From Octopus sinensis (lineage: Eukaryota), in contig NC_043000.1 of NCBI RefSeq assembly GCF_006345805.1, positions 80,042,001-80,106,000 on the forward strand: a stretch of DNA of 64,000 nucleotides, read 5' to 3'. The position numbers were made by a program, and so were the translations under genes. Under the pieces are notes generated by a model. It saw nothing but the letters and a program-made list of their open reading frames with translations, was not told the DNA's origin and did not search any database. This document shows, one piece after another, positions 24,003 to 36,420 of the stretch (within the stretch, counting starts at the first letter, position 1; every line of letters begins with the position of its first letter).

Positions 24003-25431
24003 TATATATTATGGTGTCAAAGACATATTGAAAGTATGATGAACATGGTATTAGTTCAATGTTAGAGAAGTTGAAATGGAGTGTCTTATACATACAAAAA
24101 TACATACATATATATATATGCATGTGCATATTTACATTTATGCATATACATGTATTTATAGATTATATGTATATATACACTCATCCATACATGCATACAT
24201 ATGCACAAAATTATGTATGTTATTATGTATCTATGTGTAAGTATGCATATGTGTGCATTGGCATGTATGTATAATTTTCATATGACATAAATAATATATT
24301 GACGTTTATATTTTCCAGGTGGCAAAAAGCCCCAAATTCTATTAGTGGGAGGAGGGAATGGGCATTATCCTATTGCTGACTCTCTTGAGAGTAATAATGG
24401 TATACAGGAATAAAAATGGCATCAACAGGAGTATGGAACTGAATTTGTTGCTGATAATGTGCTTGCCAGAAATATACTGATATTTATTGATTCTTTACTT
24501 TAACACATGGTCAAAAAATTTGTTCAAGAAGTGGCATGATCTATTGAATGACCTCATTATACATCTGGTACTTATTTAATGCTGTGAATTTGCAGTAGTG
24601 TTGGTGCATTGGTTAAAGCATTTTGCAGCATCTATCTAGCTCTTTGAGTTCAAATCCTGTGAAGCTCAGCTTTGCTTTATATCTGTGTGGGGTTGATAAA
24701 TAACATGAGTCTGGGGTAGGGATTTAGCAGAGGCATTAGAATGCCTTGTTGCCTTGTATTTAAATTCTGCTCTGGCTTCTTGACTACAATGGAAGAAGCT
24801 GGAAACCACCAGGTACACAGCTGTAACTAAGCAAAGATAATATTAGAGCACTCCATGATATTTAACTTGCTGAGAGTAGATGATATTTGAAAATGATGAC
24901 ACAAGCTAACCCTTGGATGAGAGAAAGACTGAATAATTCCATACTTTGGTGCAAGAACACAAACTTGTAAGGAAAGGACTGTGGTGTATGAGATGAGCCT
25001 CAATATATTCTTGTATACATTTAAGTAAGCCATGAATGAATGAAAATAATCAAATTAACTTTTATTTTTAATCACAAAACTAATTATATTTAATCTAGTA
25101 TGAAACAATAATTTTTAAATTGATAAAATTACTACATAAGATTTATTACTTAATCAAATATAGATGGCAGAAATATGGAAATAATGTAAGATATTTTATA
25201 ATAATAAAAAGTGCATAGCTGGAAAATCAACCCAACTATATATATTTGGTTGTTATTCAAGCATTCACTCAACTGATGCAAAGCAAAATTAATTTCAATC
25301 TTGGATATACAAAGTGGTACTAGAGGACCAATTGGAATATATTTCATCTGCTCTTAACCATTTCATTTGTTTGCATACACCCAAATATGTGTGTGTGCAT
25401 AAAGATCAGCATCATCATCTCTGTCTGTCTG

Positions 25432-25475
<44 letters not shown>

Positions 25476-25476
<1 letters not shown>

Positions 25477-27474
25477 GGTAGAGTTGGCTATAGCCTAGTC
25501 ACCCGTATAGTTAACCAGTTGATACACGAAGGAGTCATTACCAATGACTGGTGTAGCAGCATAATAGTTAACTGCTACAAAGGTAAAGGTGACACCCTAG
25601 ATACAAATAACTACAGGGGTATCAAGCTGTTGGATCAGGTAATGAAGGTTACGGAGAGGGTCATAGCCCAACTAATTAGAGAGAGAATTAGTTTAGATGA
25701 GATGCAGTTTGGGTTCATGCCAGGGAAAAGTACCACTGATACTATATTCCTAGTAAGACAGCTGCAGGAGAAATACCTAGCCAAAGATAAGCCCCTGTAC
25801 CTGGCTTTTGTTGACTTGGAGAAAGCCTGATCCCTTATCTGGTGGTCAATGAGGAAACTAGGGATAAATGAATGGTTAGTGAGAGCTGTGCGAGCCATGT
25901 ACAGGGACGCTGCTAGTAAGGTGAGGGTTGGCAACGAGTACAGTGAAGAATTCCGGGTTAGAGGTAGGGGTCCACCAGGGTTCAGTCCTCAGTCCCCTCC
26001 TATTTATCATAGTCCTCCAGGCAATAACGGAGGAATTCAAGACAGGATGCCCCTGGGAACTCCTCTATGCTGATGACTTTGCTCTAATTGCTGAGTCACT
26101 ATCAGAACTGGAGGAGAAGTTCCAGGTGTGGAAGCAAGGATTAGAATCGAAGGGCCTTAGAGTCAACCTAGCTAAAACCAAAGTCCTAATGAGTAGAAAG
26201 GTAGACAAATCACAAACGCCTTCAGATAGATTGCCCTGCTCGATCTGTAGAAAAGGCATTGGTAGAAACTCTATAAGATGCTCCAAGTGTAAGCTATGGA
26301 CACATAAGAGGTGCAGCAATGTCAAAGGAAGGCTAACTGGGAAAATAGTTTTTGTATGTGGCAGATGCTCAGGAGCAATAAACACTGAAAATGCGCAGAG
26401 ACCAACTTCCACCACATCCCAGGGAGAAAAACTAGAAATAGTTGATAGCTTCCGTTACCTAGGTGACCAAGTCAGTAGCGGGGATGGGTGTGCTGAAAGT
26501 GTAACTGCTAGAGTAAGAATAGCCTGGGTAAAGTTCAGAGAGCTCTTGCCTCTGCTGGTGACAAAAGGCCTCTCGCTCAGAGTAAAGGGCAGACTGTATG
26601 ACGCATGAATACGAACAGCCATGCTACATGGTAGTGAAACAATGGCCGTGACTGCTGAGGATATGCGTAAGCTCACAAGAAATAAAGCCAGTATGCTCCG
26701 ATGGATGTGTAATGTCTCTTCATACTCGACAGAGTGTAAGTACCTTGAGAGAAAAGTTTGACCTAAGAAGCATCAGCTGTGGTGTGCAAGAGAGACGTTT
26801 GCACTGGTATGGTCAAGTGACAAGAATGAATGAAGATAGTTGCGTGAAAAACCTGGGATGAGGTGGTGAAGCATGACCTTCGAACTTTAGGTCTCACCGA
26901 GGAAATGACTAGAGACCGAGACCTATGGAAGTATGCTGTGTGCGAGAAGACCCGGCAGAACAAGTGAGACCATAACCCATGACCTCTACCTGGAATGTAG
27001 CCAGTCCACTCATGCATACCTTTCCTTCTTGGGACACAAACTCTACTTGTGAAGACCTGTTGAGGCAAGTGAGAATCAAAATTGAAATCGATCAACATCA
27101 ATGGAAATTGTATCAGGCGAACCATCTGAATGTGGCCATTGCCAGCACCACCCCGACGGGCCTCTGTGCCGGTGGCATGTAAAAAGCACCATCTGATCGT
27201 GGCCGTTGCCAGCCTCGCCCGGCCCCTGTGCCGGTGGCACGTAAAAAGCACCATCCGACTGTGGCCGTTTAGCAGCCTCGTCTGGCACCTGTGCCGGTGG
27301 CACATAAAAAGCACCCACTACACTCATGGAGTGGTTGGTGTTAGGAAGGGCATCCAGCTCTAGAAACATTGCCAGACAGACTGGGCCTGGTGCAGCCTTC
27401 TGGCTTCCCAGACCCCAGTTGAACCGTCCAACCCATGCTAGCATGGAAAGCGGACGCTAAATGATGATGATGAT
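25476..27474 (+). mobile_element. 5'-truncated RTE-clade non-LTR retrotransposon with 3' UTR repeats and (ATG)n tail
   Basis: NYRGIKLL, QFGFMPGKST, FVDLEKA, HQGSVLSPLLF, LYADD and SFRYLG across frameshifted ORFs 25387-26608; tail ends gacgctaaatgatgatgatg. Confidence 0.9.
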
Positions 27475-27892
27475 ATATATATATATATATATATATATAC
27501 AGTATTAATGAAATAAATGGAATAAAAGATTTTATTTAGTATGACACTTGTTTCAACCCGTTCTGGGTCTCTTTGAGTATATAAATAAATAAAAAAATAA
27601 AAAGTCTCACTAGAGATTTATGATTCGGTTTTATGTACTGCTGTATGTGTTATACTAAATAAGATCCTTTATTCCATCTATTTTATTAATACTATGAAGT
27701 TCCTGCAATAATACTATGAATACTATGAATACTATGAAGTTCCTGCAATAAATCTACGGATAACAACAGGTAATTGAAACTGTGCTGGTGCTTTACTCAT
27801 CGTCTACTTATACATTTTGTATAATTTCTCCATTATATATATATGGAAAAAAAGTCAAGGTAGAAAATGCTAAAACAATTTTCTAAAAAACA

Positions 27893-27934
27893 TTTCAGTA
27901 CCGGTTTCAGTCATTGAGACATTTTCAACTGTAA
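27893..27934 (-). ncRNA. Minimal hammerhead-like motif with a U3-A8 core
   Basis: ttaCAG TTGAAAA T GTC tcaat GAC T GAAA CCGG TA^CTG aaa; palindromic stem III ACCGGT. Confidence 0.5.
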
Positions 27935-28072
27935 GTATGCAAAACAATTAAATTTTGAAAAAATTAAAAGAAAAGTTTTTTAAAAGAATATTTGCATAGT
28001 ATTCAAATACAAGGGGCATTTTCCTTGTTTCTGCCTGTCTCTGACTCTCTTGTTTTCTCTTGTGGGTTCGAG

Positions 28073-28670
28073 GTCAACTGTGGAGGGAGCCAGTGCTAGA
28101 GGTAGACCCAGGGAGACATGGGATGAGATGATGAAGCAGGATATTTGAACGTTGAGCCTCACAGAGGCAATGACTAGTGACCGAGACCTTTAGTGATGTG
28201 CTTGAGAGGACCCATCAAGTGCACCCGTGCTGATGGCATATAAAGAACATCTTTTGAGTGCTGGGCCCTCATGGAAGCAAAGTGGCTTAGTTCATTTCAA
28301 GTGTTGGGCCTCATGGAGGCAATGACCAAGACTCTTGGCATTGTGTCATGCTTGAGAAGAAGACCCATCAAGCCAAACAAAATTACAGTCATGGCAGATA
28401 CTGGTGTCACACAAATTGGCACTTGTGCCAGTAGCATGTAAATGCACTCCAGTATCACACAAATGGCACCCGTGCCCGTGGCACCTCAAGCACCCATTAC
28501 ACTCTTGGAGTGGTTGGTGTCAGGAAGGGCATCCAGCCATAGAAAAACCATGCTCAATCACACTGGAGTCTGGTGCAGCCTTCCAGTTTGCCAGCCCAGT
28601 CAAACCATTGAACCCATGCCAGCATGGAGAGTGGACGTTAAATGATAATGATGATGATGATGATGACATA
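28073..28670 (+). mobile_element. RTE 3'-end fragment with tail
   Basis: STVEGASARGRPRETWDEMMKQDI, followed by the same tail as 26980-27474. Confidence 0.75.
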
Positions 28671-28679
28671 CATTCATCA

Positions 28680-29330
28680 TCATCATCATCGTCATCGTCA
28701 TCATCATCATATAATATCCATTTTCCATGCTGGCATGGGTTGGACGGTTTGACTGAAAACTGGTAAGCTGGGGAGCTGCACTAGGTTCCAGTCTGATATG
28801 GCATGGTTTCTATGGCTAGATGCACTTCCTAATTCAAACCACTCCAAGATTGTAGTGGGTATTCTTTATGTACCAGTTACATAACACTGGCATTGTCTAC
28901 ACTACAATCTCATTTGGCTTGCCAGGTCTTCTCAAGCGGTCTCAGTCACTTGTCGCTCTCTCCATGAGGACCAACTTTTGAAGGGTGTTTTTCACATTTC
29001 ACTGGTATGGGTGCCTGTTACACAACAGTGGCTTTGGCCATGATTATGATTTCACTTGGTTTGATGGGTCTTCTGAAGCAAGCATATCGCCAAATGTTTG
29101 AAGGGTGCTTTTTACATGCCACCAGCATGGGTGCCAGTTACACGACACTCATCAGTCACAACTATGATTTCACTTGGATTGGCAGGTCTTCTCAAGCATG
29201 GCATATCATGAAAGGTCTCGGTCACTTGTCATTGCTTCTGCGAGGCCCAACATTTGAAGATCATGCTTCACCACATTGTCTCAGGTCTCCTGAGTCTACC
29301 TTTTCCACTGGTTTCTTCCACCATTAGAGA
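28680..29330 (-). mobile_element. RTE 3'-end fragment in inverted orientation
   Basis: (CAT)n, then ttccatgctggcatgggttggacgg... and gaagcatgatcttca on the minus strand. Confidence 0.7.
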
Positions 29331-29584
29331 ACGGTAGTTCTTCACACAGCTGTCTGTGTTCATACACAAGCACACACACGAAATGTTATAATGTAAACCA
29401 CAAGTTTCATGAAATGCATCTACTCAGAGTATCATGGCTGAAACATTTATTTTGCCATTTTTCAAGCTGAGAGCAATATGGTTTGACAGTTGCTTTAAAG
29501 CAGGTGATGTTTAAACCACAGAACGCTTGTAAGAAAGAAGACAGGAAGAAAACCATAGGGTAGATAACCATTATTACAACAGAC

Positions 29585-30092
29585 AGCGATAAGTATACCC
29601 ACGCCACCAACCCCGTCAGTGTTCCCTGCCCAGAAAATCTTGTACCTGCGTTCCTTGCCTGTGAGGAACCTAGCTGATCCTCCTCTCCACCTTATTTCTT
29701 GCATGCAACATATATCCACACATCTCCGTTCAAGCATCTCGACTATCTCACCAGACCTACCTTTCAGAGTGCCAACGTTGAGGGTGCCAACCCTGAGGGT
29801 GTGGAAGGCATGGGCTCTAGAGACCCTGGGACGGTGGACAGTAGCTTCGTGTACCTGAAAAGAAAGCTCGCATTTGGCAGAATCATGTGAAGAAATGAAG
29901 TAGTAAAGTAGCCTTCAGTACAACCTGCATAAAGCTAGCCTTTCATATTTTGCACTGTATGGACATTACCTTACATAGGTCGAGACTAGGGGTAGGGATG
30001 GTGAGAGCATTTGCAGTCTTCATGGGAAGCAACCCCAGAATGGCAGAGAATAGGAACTTCCGGCATGCGTGGTGGGAGTGGGAGGGCGGGTG
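29585..30092 (-). pseudogene. RTE 5' fragment (AP-endonuclease N-terminus)
   Basis: LRVGTLNVGTLKGRSGEIVEMLERRCVDICCMQEIRWRGGSARFLTG...IFWAGNTDGVGGVGILI. Confidence 0.85.
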
Positions 30093-31761
30093 CACCGTAG
30101 CTGAGTAAAGAGGTTCTGTTAATCGTGAGCTAGCAAATGGGTTTGTATGAATCGGGAGACAATACTAAAAAAAAAATTGAAAAATCAGAGTGGCTATGAA
30201 CCTGGAGACAAGTCTAAACGAAAAAAATGTTTGAGCTAGACAGGGTAATGAGGGATACTGAAGAATGAGTGACAATACAATGAGATGGAAATTGAAGAAT
30301 AGAGAAAGAATAAGGATAAGTGCAAGAAAGAAGGTAGTCGTAGCGAGGTTGGACGATTCACTTAACTTTTAGCCATTCATGATCTGTGCGTATTCTTTAG
30401 ATATTTTGAAGCGAGTGGGATTAACGATAAATGCGATGGCTCTTTTATGTATGGCGATGATGGTTTTGGGGAGGGGGGGGCCATAGAGGACCATGGCGAT
30501 GATGGTTATGGAAGGGGGGACATAGCGAGAGAGAGATACGGTTAGTTAGAGAGAGAGGTCAAGGAACACGTGACAATAAGCGGTGTTGAGGGATTTTGAC
30601 TGGGGACGGCATTGTCGATAAAAACATTAGATAAATAGGTTGAAAATCAGAGAAAATCAGAGGGAATATCATTATTGATAGCTAATATAACACCGTAGCT
30701 GAGTAAAGAGGTTCTGTTAATCGTGAGCTAGCAAATGGGTTTGTATGAATCGGGAGACAATACTAAACGAAAAATTGAAAAATCAGAGTGGCTATGAACC
30801 TGGAGACAAGTCTAAACGAAAAAAAATGTTTGAGCTAGACAGGGTAATGAGGGAATACTGAAAGAATGAGTGACAATACAATGAGATGGAAATTGAAGAA
30901 TAGAGAAAGAATAAGGATAAGTGCAAGAAAGAAGGTAGTCGTAGAGAGGTTGGACGATTCACTTAACTTTTAGCCATTCATGATCTGTGCGTATTCTTTA
31001 GATATTTTGAAGCGAGTGGGGTTAACGATAAATGCGATGGCTCTTTTATGTATGGCGATGATGGTTTTGGGGAGGGGGGGGCATAGAGGACCATGGCGAT
31101 GATGGTTATGGGAAGGGGGGACATAGCGAGAGAGAGATACGGTTAGTTAGAGAGAGAGGTCAAGGGACACGTGACAATAAGCGGTGTGAGGGAATTTGAC
31201 TGGGGACGGCATTGTCGATAAATAAACATTAGATAAATAGGTTTGAAAATCAGAAAAATCAGAGGGAATATCATTATTGATAGCTAATATAACACCGTAG
31301 CTGAGTAAAGAGGTTCTGTTAATCGTGAGCTAGCAAATGGGTTTGTATGAATCGGGAGACAATACTAAACGAAAAATTGAAAAATCAGAGTGGCTATGAA
31401 CCTGGAGACAAGTCTAAACGAAAAAAATGTTTGAGCTAGACAGGGTAATGAGGGAATACTGAAAGAATGAGTGACAATACAATGAGATGGAAATTGAAGA
31501 ATAGAGAAAGAATAAGGATAAGTGCAAGAAAGAAGGTAGTCGTAGCGAGGTTGGACGATTCACTTAACTTTTAGCCATTCATGATCTATGCGTATTCTTT
31601 AGATATTTTGAAGCGAGTGGGTATTTCTTTATTATGATTATATAATCACACATAGAAGGACAAATACAGGACATACATGCAAAAAACAGTTAAGAGATTC
31701 GTTTTAAAAATTTTCATTTACATTTGGATTATAAAAATAAAAATAAATGTCCTTTACATTA

Positions 31762-34700
31762 CTAGTAGAACAACCACAGTACATAACTGGAGCTTCTGAC
31801 ACCCGGCAACTTATGAGGCCCTGCAGCTTCCACTTCCTCTCTCTCCTCCATGGTCAAGCTGGGTTTCTGACACCCACCTTTTTTCCACTTCCTTCCATCT
31901 TTTCTCATACAACGCCGCGGTAAGATCCTCTTTTCCAGCCCCATTTTGCTCTTCAGATGATATCTGAAGTAAGTGAGCAAGCTGGGGCCGGAGACAAAGG
32001 ATCCTATCGCGGCTCCTTCCATTCTCGTTCTCCACATGCATTCTTTACTACTGCAACCGTGCAGTGAAAACATGCCTCACCTTCCTTCGAGAGTCCAGTT
32101 GGCGGTATCATCTTAATCATAGACTCAGCCGACAGCTGTACTCGTCCCAGATGCGATAACACGTGTTCTGCGTAACTTATCAAGTCGGACAACTTCCGAC
32201 AGTGAACAAAAGCGTGCTGGACGGTTTCATCGTCCAACTCGCACCTTGGACACGTCGGTGGCACTGAAACTCCGTGCCGTGATAACTTCTCGCGAACAGG
32301 TAAAGCATTCCTATAACACTGCCAGGCCAGGGATCTTTGGAAATTATCCAAATACCCCGACCTGAACGTTTTTTTAAACAGGTTGGCAAGCTGGTCTTCA
32401 TCAAACCCCAGAGCCCCTCCTAGGACGTCGTCGTTTTTTGCCTCTACCAGCCCTCTATAAAATACCGAGGTGGTATTTCCGCAGCCGGCCTTGCCCGCCT
32501 TGTGGATCAGCGTGAGTGCCTGTCGGCACTCCTTTTGCCATGGAGTCAGTTTCCATCTTTTGATGTAACCGGGTTTAAAATTCACTAAGGAGGCCGGTCT
32601 CGGGAAAAATCCCCCTGCCAGCGGACTCCACACCTTATCACCTTCCAGGTGGTGCCAGAGATGCCTTAGCCTCAACGCATGTCTGCGCATCATCAACCAA
32701 GGCATTCCTAGCCCACCCTTTAACGGTTCCTGGCAGCAAACGGAGCGCCTCACAAGTGGCCTTCCTCCTTTCCACAAAAAGCGGAAAAGGATTCGCTCCA
32801 ACTTGTTAAGCCATGAATCGGGGCAAGGGACAACGGTCAGGCGGTAAGTGATTACAGATGCAATGAACATCTGCACCACCTCCGCCTTTCCTTTCAAGGA
32901 CAGAAACCTTCCGGACCAGGTCCGTACTATGGCTTCCACCTTGCTTGTCACCTCACTCCAGTTCTTCTCCGTTTGGGAGTCTGGCCAAAACCAAACTCCC
33001 AGCAACTTAACAGGGCCATCCGTCCAGTGTCCCACGACACTGGACGATATCGACTTGCTCCTCCAGGTGCCGAGGCGCAAGCCAACCGATTGTCCTTGTT
33101 AACCTTTGCTCCTGCCACCGCCTCGTATCCTCTGATAGCCTCCTCTACACAAGGTAGTTGGGCCTCTTTGGACACGATGAGGGTGACGTCATCCGCATAA
33201 GCAGTAACCGTCCTCCCACCTCCGATTTCATCCGAGTTACTCCCCAGCCTCTCCAACTTTCGCAGCAATGGCTCAAGAGCCAATACGTACAAAAGTGGTG
33301 ACAAGGGGCACCCCTGACGCACTGAACACTCGATCGAAAACGGTTCCGTTAGGTAACCGTTTATCTGGACGGTGGACTTGATGCCGCTATACATAGCGGA
33401 GATCCACCGCGAAATTCAGGGCCCAGCCAGCCGCTTCGAGGACCGTCGCCAGGTACCCATGGTCTACCCTATCGAAGGCTTTACTTTGGTCTAAATGGAC
33501 CATTACCCCGCCTTTGCCGGCTAATTTACCCACCCTATCTAAGGTGTAGCGTATAAGGTGAAGGTTGTCCTGGATCGACCTGCCTGGAATTGCACATGTC
33601 TGTGCTCTCCCTACAAGTTTCTCCACGACAACCGTCAACCTTTTTGCCAACACCTTGGCCAAAATCTTTAACTCTACATTAAGTAGAGTTATGGGCCTGT
33701 AGTTACTGATGTTATCCCCCTTGCTCGGGTCTTTCTGGATTAGCGTCACCACTCCCCGGCTTACAGAACTGGGAATTCTCCCATTCTGCTGCCAGTTCGT
33801 GTAGACGCCCGCCAGTATTCCCCCGAACAAGTCCGGCATACTTTGGTAAAACTCGTAGGGCAGACCATCCAACCCCGGCGACTTCTCCCCGGCGCATCCG
33901 GCCAGTATCTCCTTTATCTCCGCGGGAGTGATCGCTCCTTCACAGCACTCCACCTCACGCCCCGCGAGCCGCGGTCCGCCGGCTAGGAAGTCCTTTAAGG
34001 CTCTCCCCCGATCCAGCGAACCACCACCCCCGAACACGCGGGCGAAATGCTGGTGAAGAAACTTTTGCATCTCCTCCTGTCCATAGATCTTTTGTCCCTG
34101 TTCGTCAGTCAAAGATTTGATTGAGGCTCTGTTGCCTCTCTGACTCTCCACACGACGGGCCCATCCGGCCACGTTAATACCTTCTCGTTTCCCAGCGCGC
34201 AGCTTAGCTCTGACTCTGCAACCTTCGTGTTGGAGTTAAGGTGACGGTACAATACCGTCCTTGCCGCCAACACTCCGGATGCAGAGCCAGCTTCCATTGC
34301 CTCGTCTAGATTCTTAACTAAATCGCCCTCTAGACTAGCCCTATCTATCCTTAGCTGATTGCTAAATCTAACGGACTCTAAACGAATGGCTCTTTTGAGG
34401 GCGTGCCACCATCTATTGTTAATGATGGTGCCACACAATGCCCTCTGAACTAACACCTTAATCCGGGTACGGAAGTCTTCACAATTCAAAATAGCCTTGT
34501 TCAGCTTCCAGTACCCGGGTCCCTGTCTATGACACTTGTCTAATTGCATCTCACACGTCACAAATTTGTGATCCGAGTAAGGTACAATATGAAATTGTGG
34601 ACAACTAAACGTATCCTTATCTCTTTTCTTAATAAATATCCTATCTAGATACGATCTGTGTGAGCCGTCGTTGTTACTCCACGTCCACTGTGGAACGCTC

Positions 34701-35238
34701 GGCTCATCCAGTCGGTAACGGTCCACTAGATCAAAGCTCTCTAGTAGACCCTTGAGGCTAGGGTTCCCCTTCCTATTGGTTGAGCCAACATTGTCGATGT
34801 GCGCTTCAAGGACAGTGTTAAAGTCCCCTACTAGGATTACTGTTTTCGACGTCGCTAAAAAGGGCTCCAGGTTCCGAAAAAAACCCGTCTGTCTACCCTC
34901 GTTCGGGGCGTAGACAGCTACAACCTGAAGGACTGTTTACTTACGTGAGTCACATCCAGGACAACCAGCCTGCCTTCTAGATCCAGAAGAAAGACAGTAC
35001 TTACCTGCAAGTCCAAGCTCTTCCTGATGAAGACTGCCACGCCTCTGCCTCTTCCTCGGCTAGGAGAAATAAATTTCTCGAAACCATTTAGAAGAGGCGA
35101 GAACGCTTGGGTCTCGCTCATCTTGGACTCGGTTGCAATAGCAATATCTACACCATGTGTCGTGAGGTCGTTCAGGAAACAAATTTGTTTCCGTTTCGAC
35201 CCCATTCCACGTACATTTATACAACCCAGCTTAGCCAT
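31762..35238 (-). pseudogene. LINE ORF2 (AP endonuclease, reverse transcriptase, C-terminal CCHC), split by at least 5 frameshifts
   Basis: CINVRGM, GDFN, YSDHKFV, SPGLDGLPYEFY, NYRPITLLN, LDQSKAFDRV, RQGCPLSPLLY, AYADDVT, CPRCELDDETVQHAFVHC. Confidence 0.9.
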
Positions 35239-35244
35239 TGTAGG

Positions 35245-36420
35245 TTAGAGAGAAAAATGAATGTACTCACGGTTGGGAAAGGAGCATGACAGTTTAAATC
35301 TGCCTGCTTCCCCTTCTTCCGCTGCTGCAGGGCTCTTGACCGGCGTTGCCACTGGGCTCTGGGTGGGTGTGGTTGCCGGGGTTATTATCAGTTTGCCCTC
35401 CATTACCTCTTTGGTCACGTCTCTTATTAGACGGTTCCTCAGATGTTCCTGAAGAACCTCCTCCTTCCACTCGTCCTCCCCTACCTTCGCGAAGCGAGCG
35501 GTTGCTTTCACATCTGTGGCTCTACTATACAATACAAATCTTGAAAATTTACAGCACTTATACACTCTTTCATTTTTCTCGTCGAAAGCTATGATCCTCT
35601 CGTTCTTCTGTAAACACTTTTTTATGTCTTGTTTTATGGGGAGGGGCTTGGCAAACTGTTTTCCAATGAAAACAGTGCCATGGGGGTAGGGTTGGGGGAT
35701 TTGCTTGGTGTGTGTGTCTGCTGTGTTTGCTGTTTTTTTCTTTGTTTGGGGAGGGGAGTCCTGGGTATTATCCTTTTTTCTTTTATGAGTGACTTGTGTG
35801 TAGTCCATTGGTTCTGTATGGTCCGTTTTTGTTTCCGTACTTGTCTTCGTCTTTTTGTTGTCTTTTCCTGTTTCCTCCCCTTCAGTGTTAGGGACACTTT
35901 GAGGAGGCGCTTCTTCTGTTCTCTTCTTTTTTATACAATTTGATCGGACGTGACCCTTCTCTCCACACTTGAAGCATCTGGGTCTACGTCCCTCTACCGA
36001 AACTCTCATGGACGTACCGTCCTCATTGAAGATTCTATCGGGCAGGTTTTCTAGGATTTTGTTCTCCGCCTGCACGAGGAGCTCCAGGGTCTGACCCTTC
36101 CACCGCACCACCTCTTTCCTTCTCATCTGCAGTATCGATATCTCTCGTTCAATGTTGTGCAGGACCGCCGCTGCTACCCACATGATGTCGTACCCTCTGG
36201 GTATGTCTTCTACCAGTAACTTCGCTGTACGCTTCCCCATGTACGAGGGTAGCAGCATGATGTCGTCGTTTTTTAGGGTCAACGACGACACCTCTCTCGC
36301 TACCTCGGCTGTGTCGAAATGTGCCTCGACTGTAGCACTGCGTGCACCTCTAACGACATGACGGATTTTGTCCCACACCGGGGACAGGCACTTTTCTACC
36401 ATTTCATTCTTTACATCCAT
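35245..36420 (-). CDS. LINE ORF1 (CCHC zinc knuckle)
   Basis: 391-aa ORF containing CFKCGEKGHVRSNC. Stop is 6 nt before the ORF2 ATG. The true start may lie further upstream across a frameshift. Confidence 0.9.
   Translation of the reverse strand: MDVKNEMVEKCLSPVWDKIRHVVRGARSATVEAHFDTAEVAREVSSLTLKNDDIMLLPSYMGKRTAKLLVEDIPRGYDIMWVAAAVLHNIEREISILQMRRKEVVRWKGQTLELLVQAENKILENLPDRIFNEDGTSMRVSVEGRRPRCFKCGEKGHVRSNCIKKKRTEEAPPQSVPNTEGEETGKDNKKTKTSTETKTDHTEPMDYTQVTHKRKKDNTQDSPPQTKKKTANTADTHTKQIPQPYPHGTVFIGKQFAKPLPIKQDIKKCLQKNERIIAFDEKNERVYKCCKFSRFVLYSRATDVKATARFAKVGEDEWKEEVLQEHLRNRLIRDVTKEVMEGKLIITPATTPTQSPVATPVKSPAAAEEGEAGRFKLSCSFPNREYIHFSL

Noticed and set aside
24319-24413. Possible terminal exon GKKPQILLVGGGNGHYPIADSLESNNGIQE* after ttttccag
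   Set aside because: Good acceptor, but no recognisable homology and no partner exons found; needs RNA-seq.
27535-27585. Hammerhead-like GACCC/GGGTT-GAAA-CAAGTG-TC on the minus strand
   Set aside because: Core reads CTCAAAGA and stem I does not pair; at best a heavily decayed remnant.
30691-31292. tRNA, 5S, U2/U6 or ribozyme within the 602-bp unit (gtagctgagt A-box-like; actcgcttc U6-like)
   Set aside because: Only 8-10-nt matches; no cloverleaf, B-box, hammerhead or HDV fold could be built by eye.
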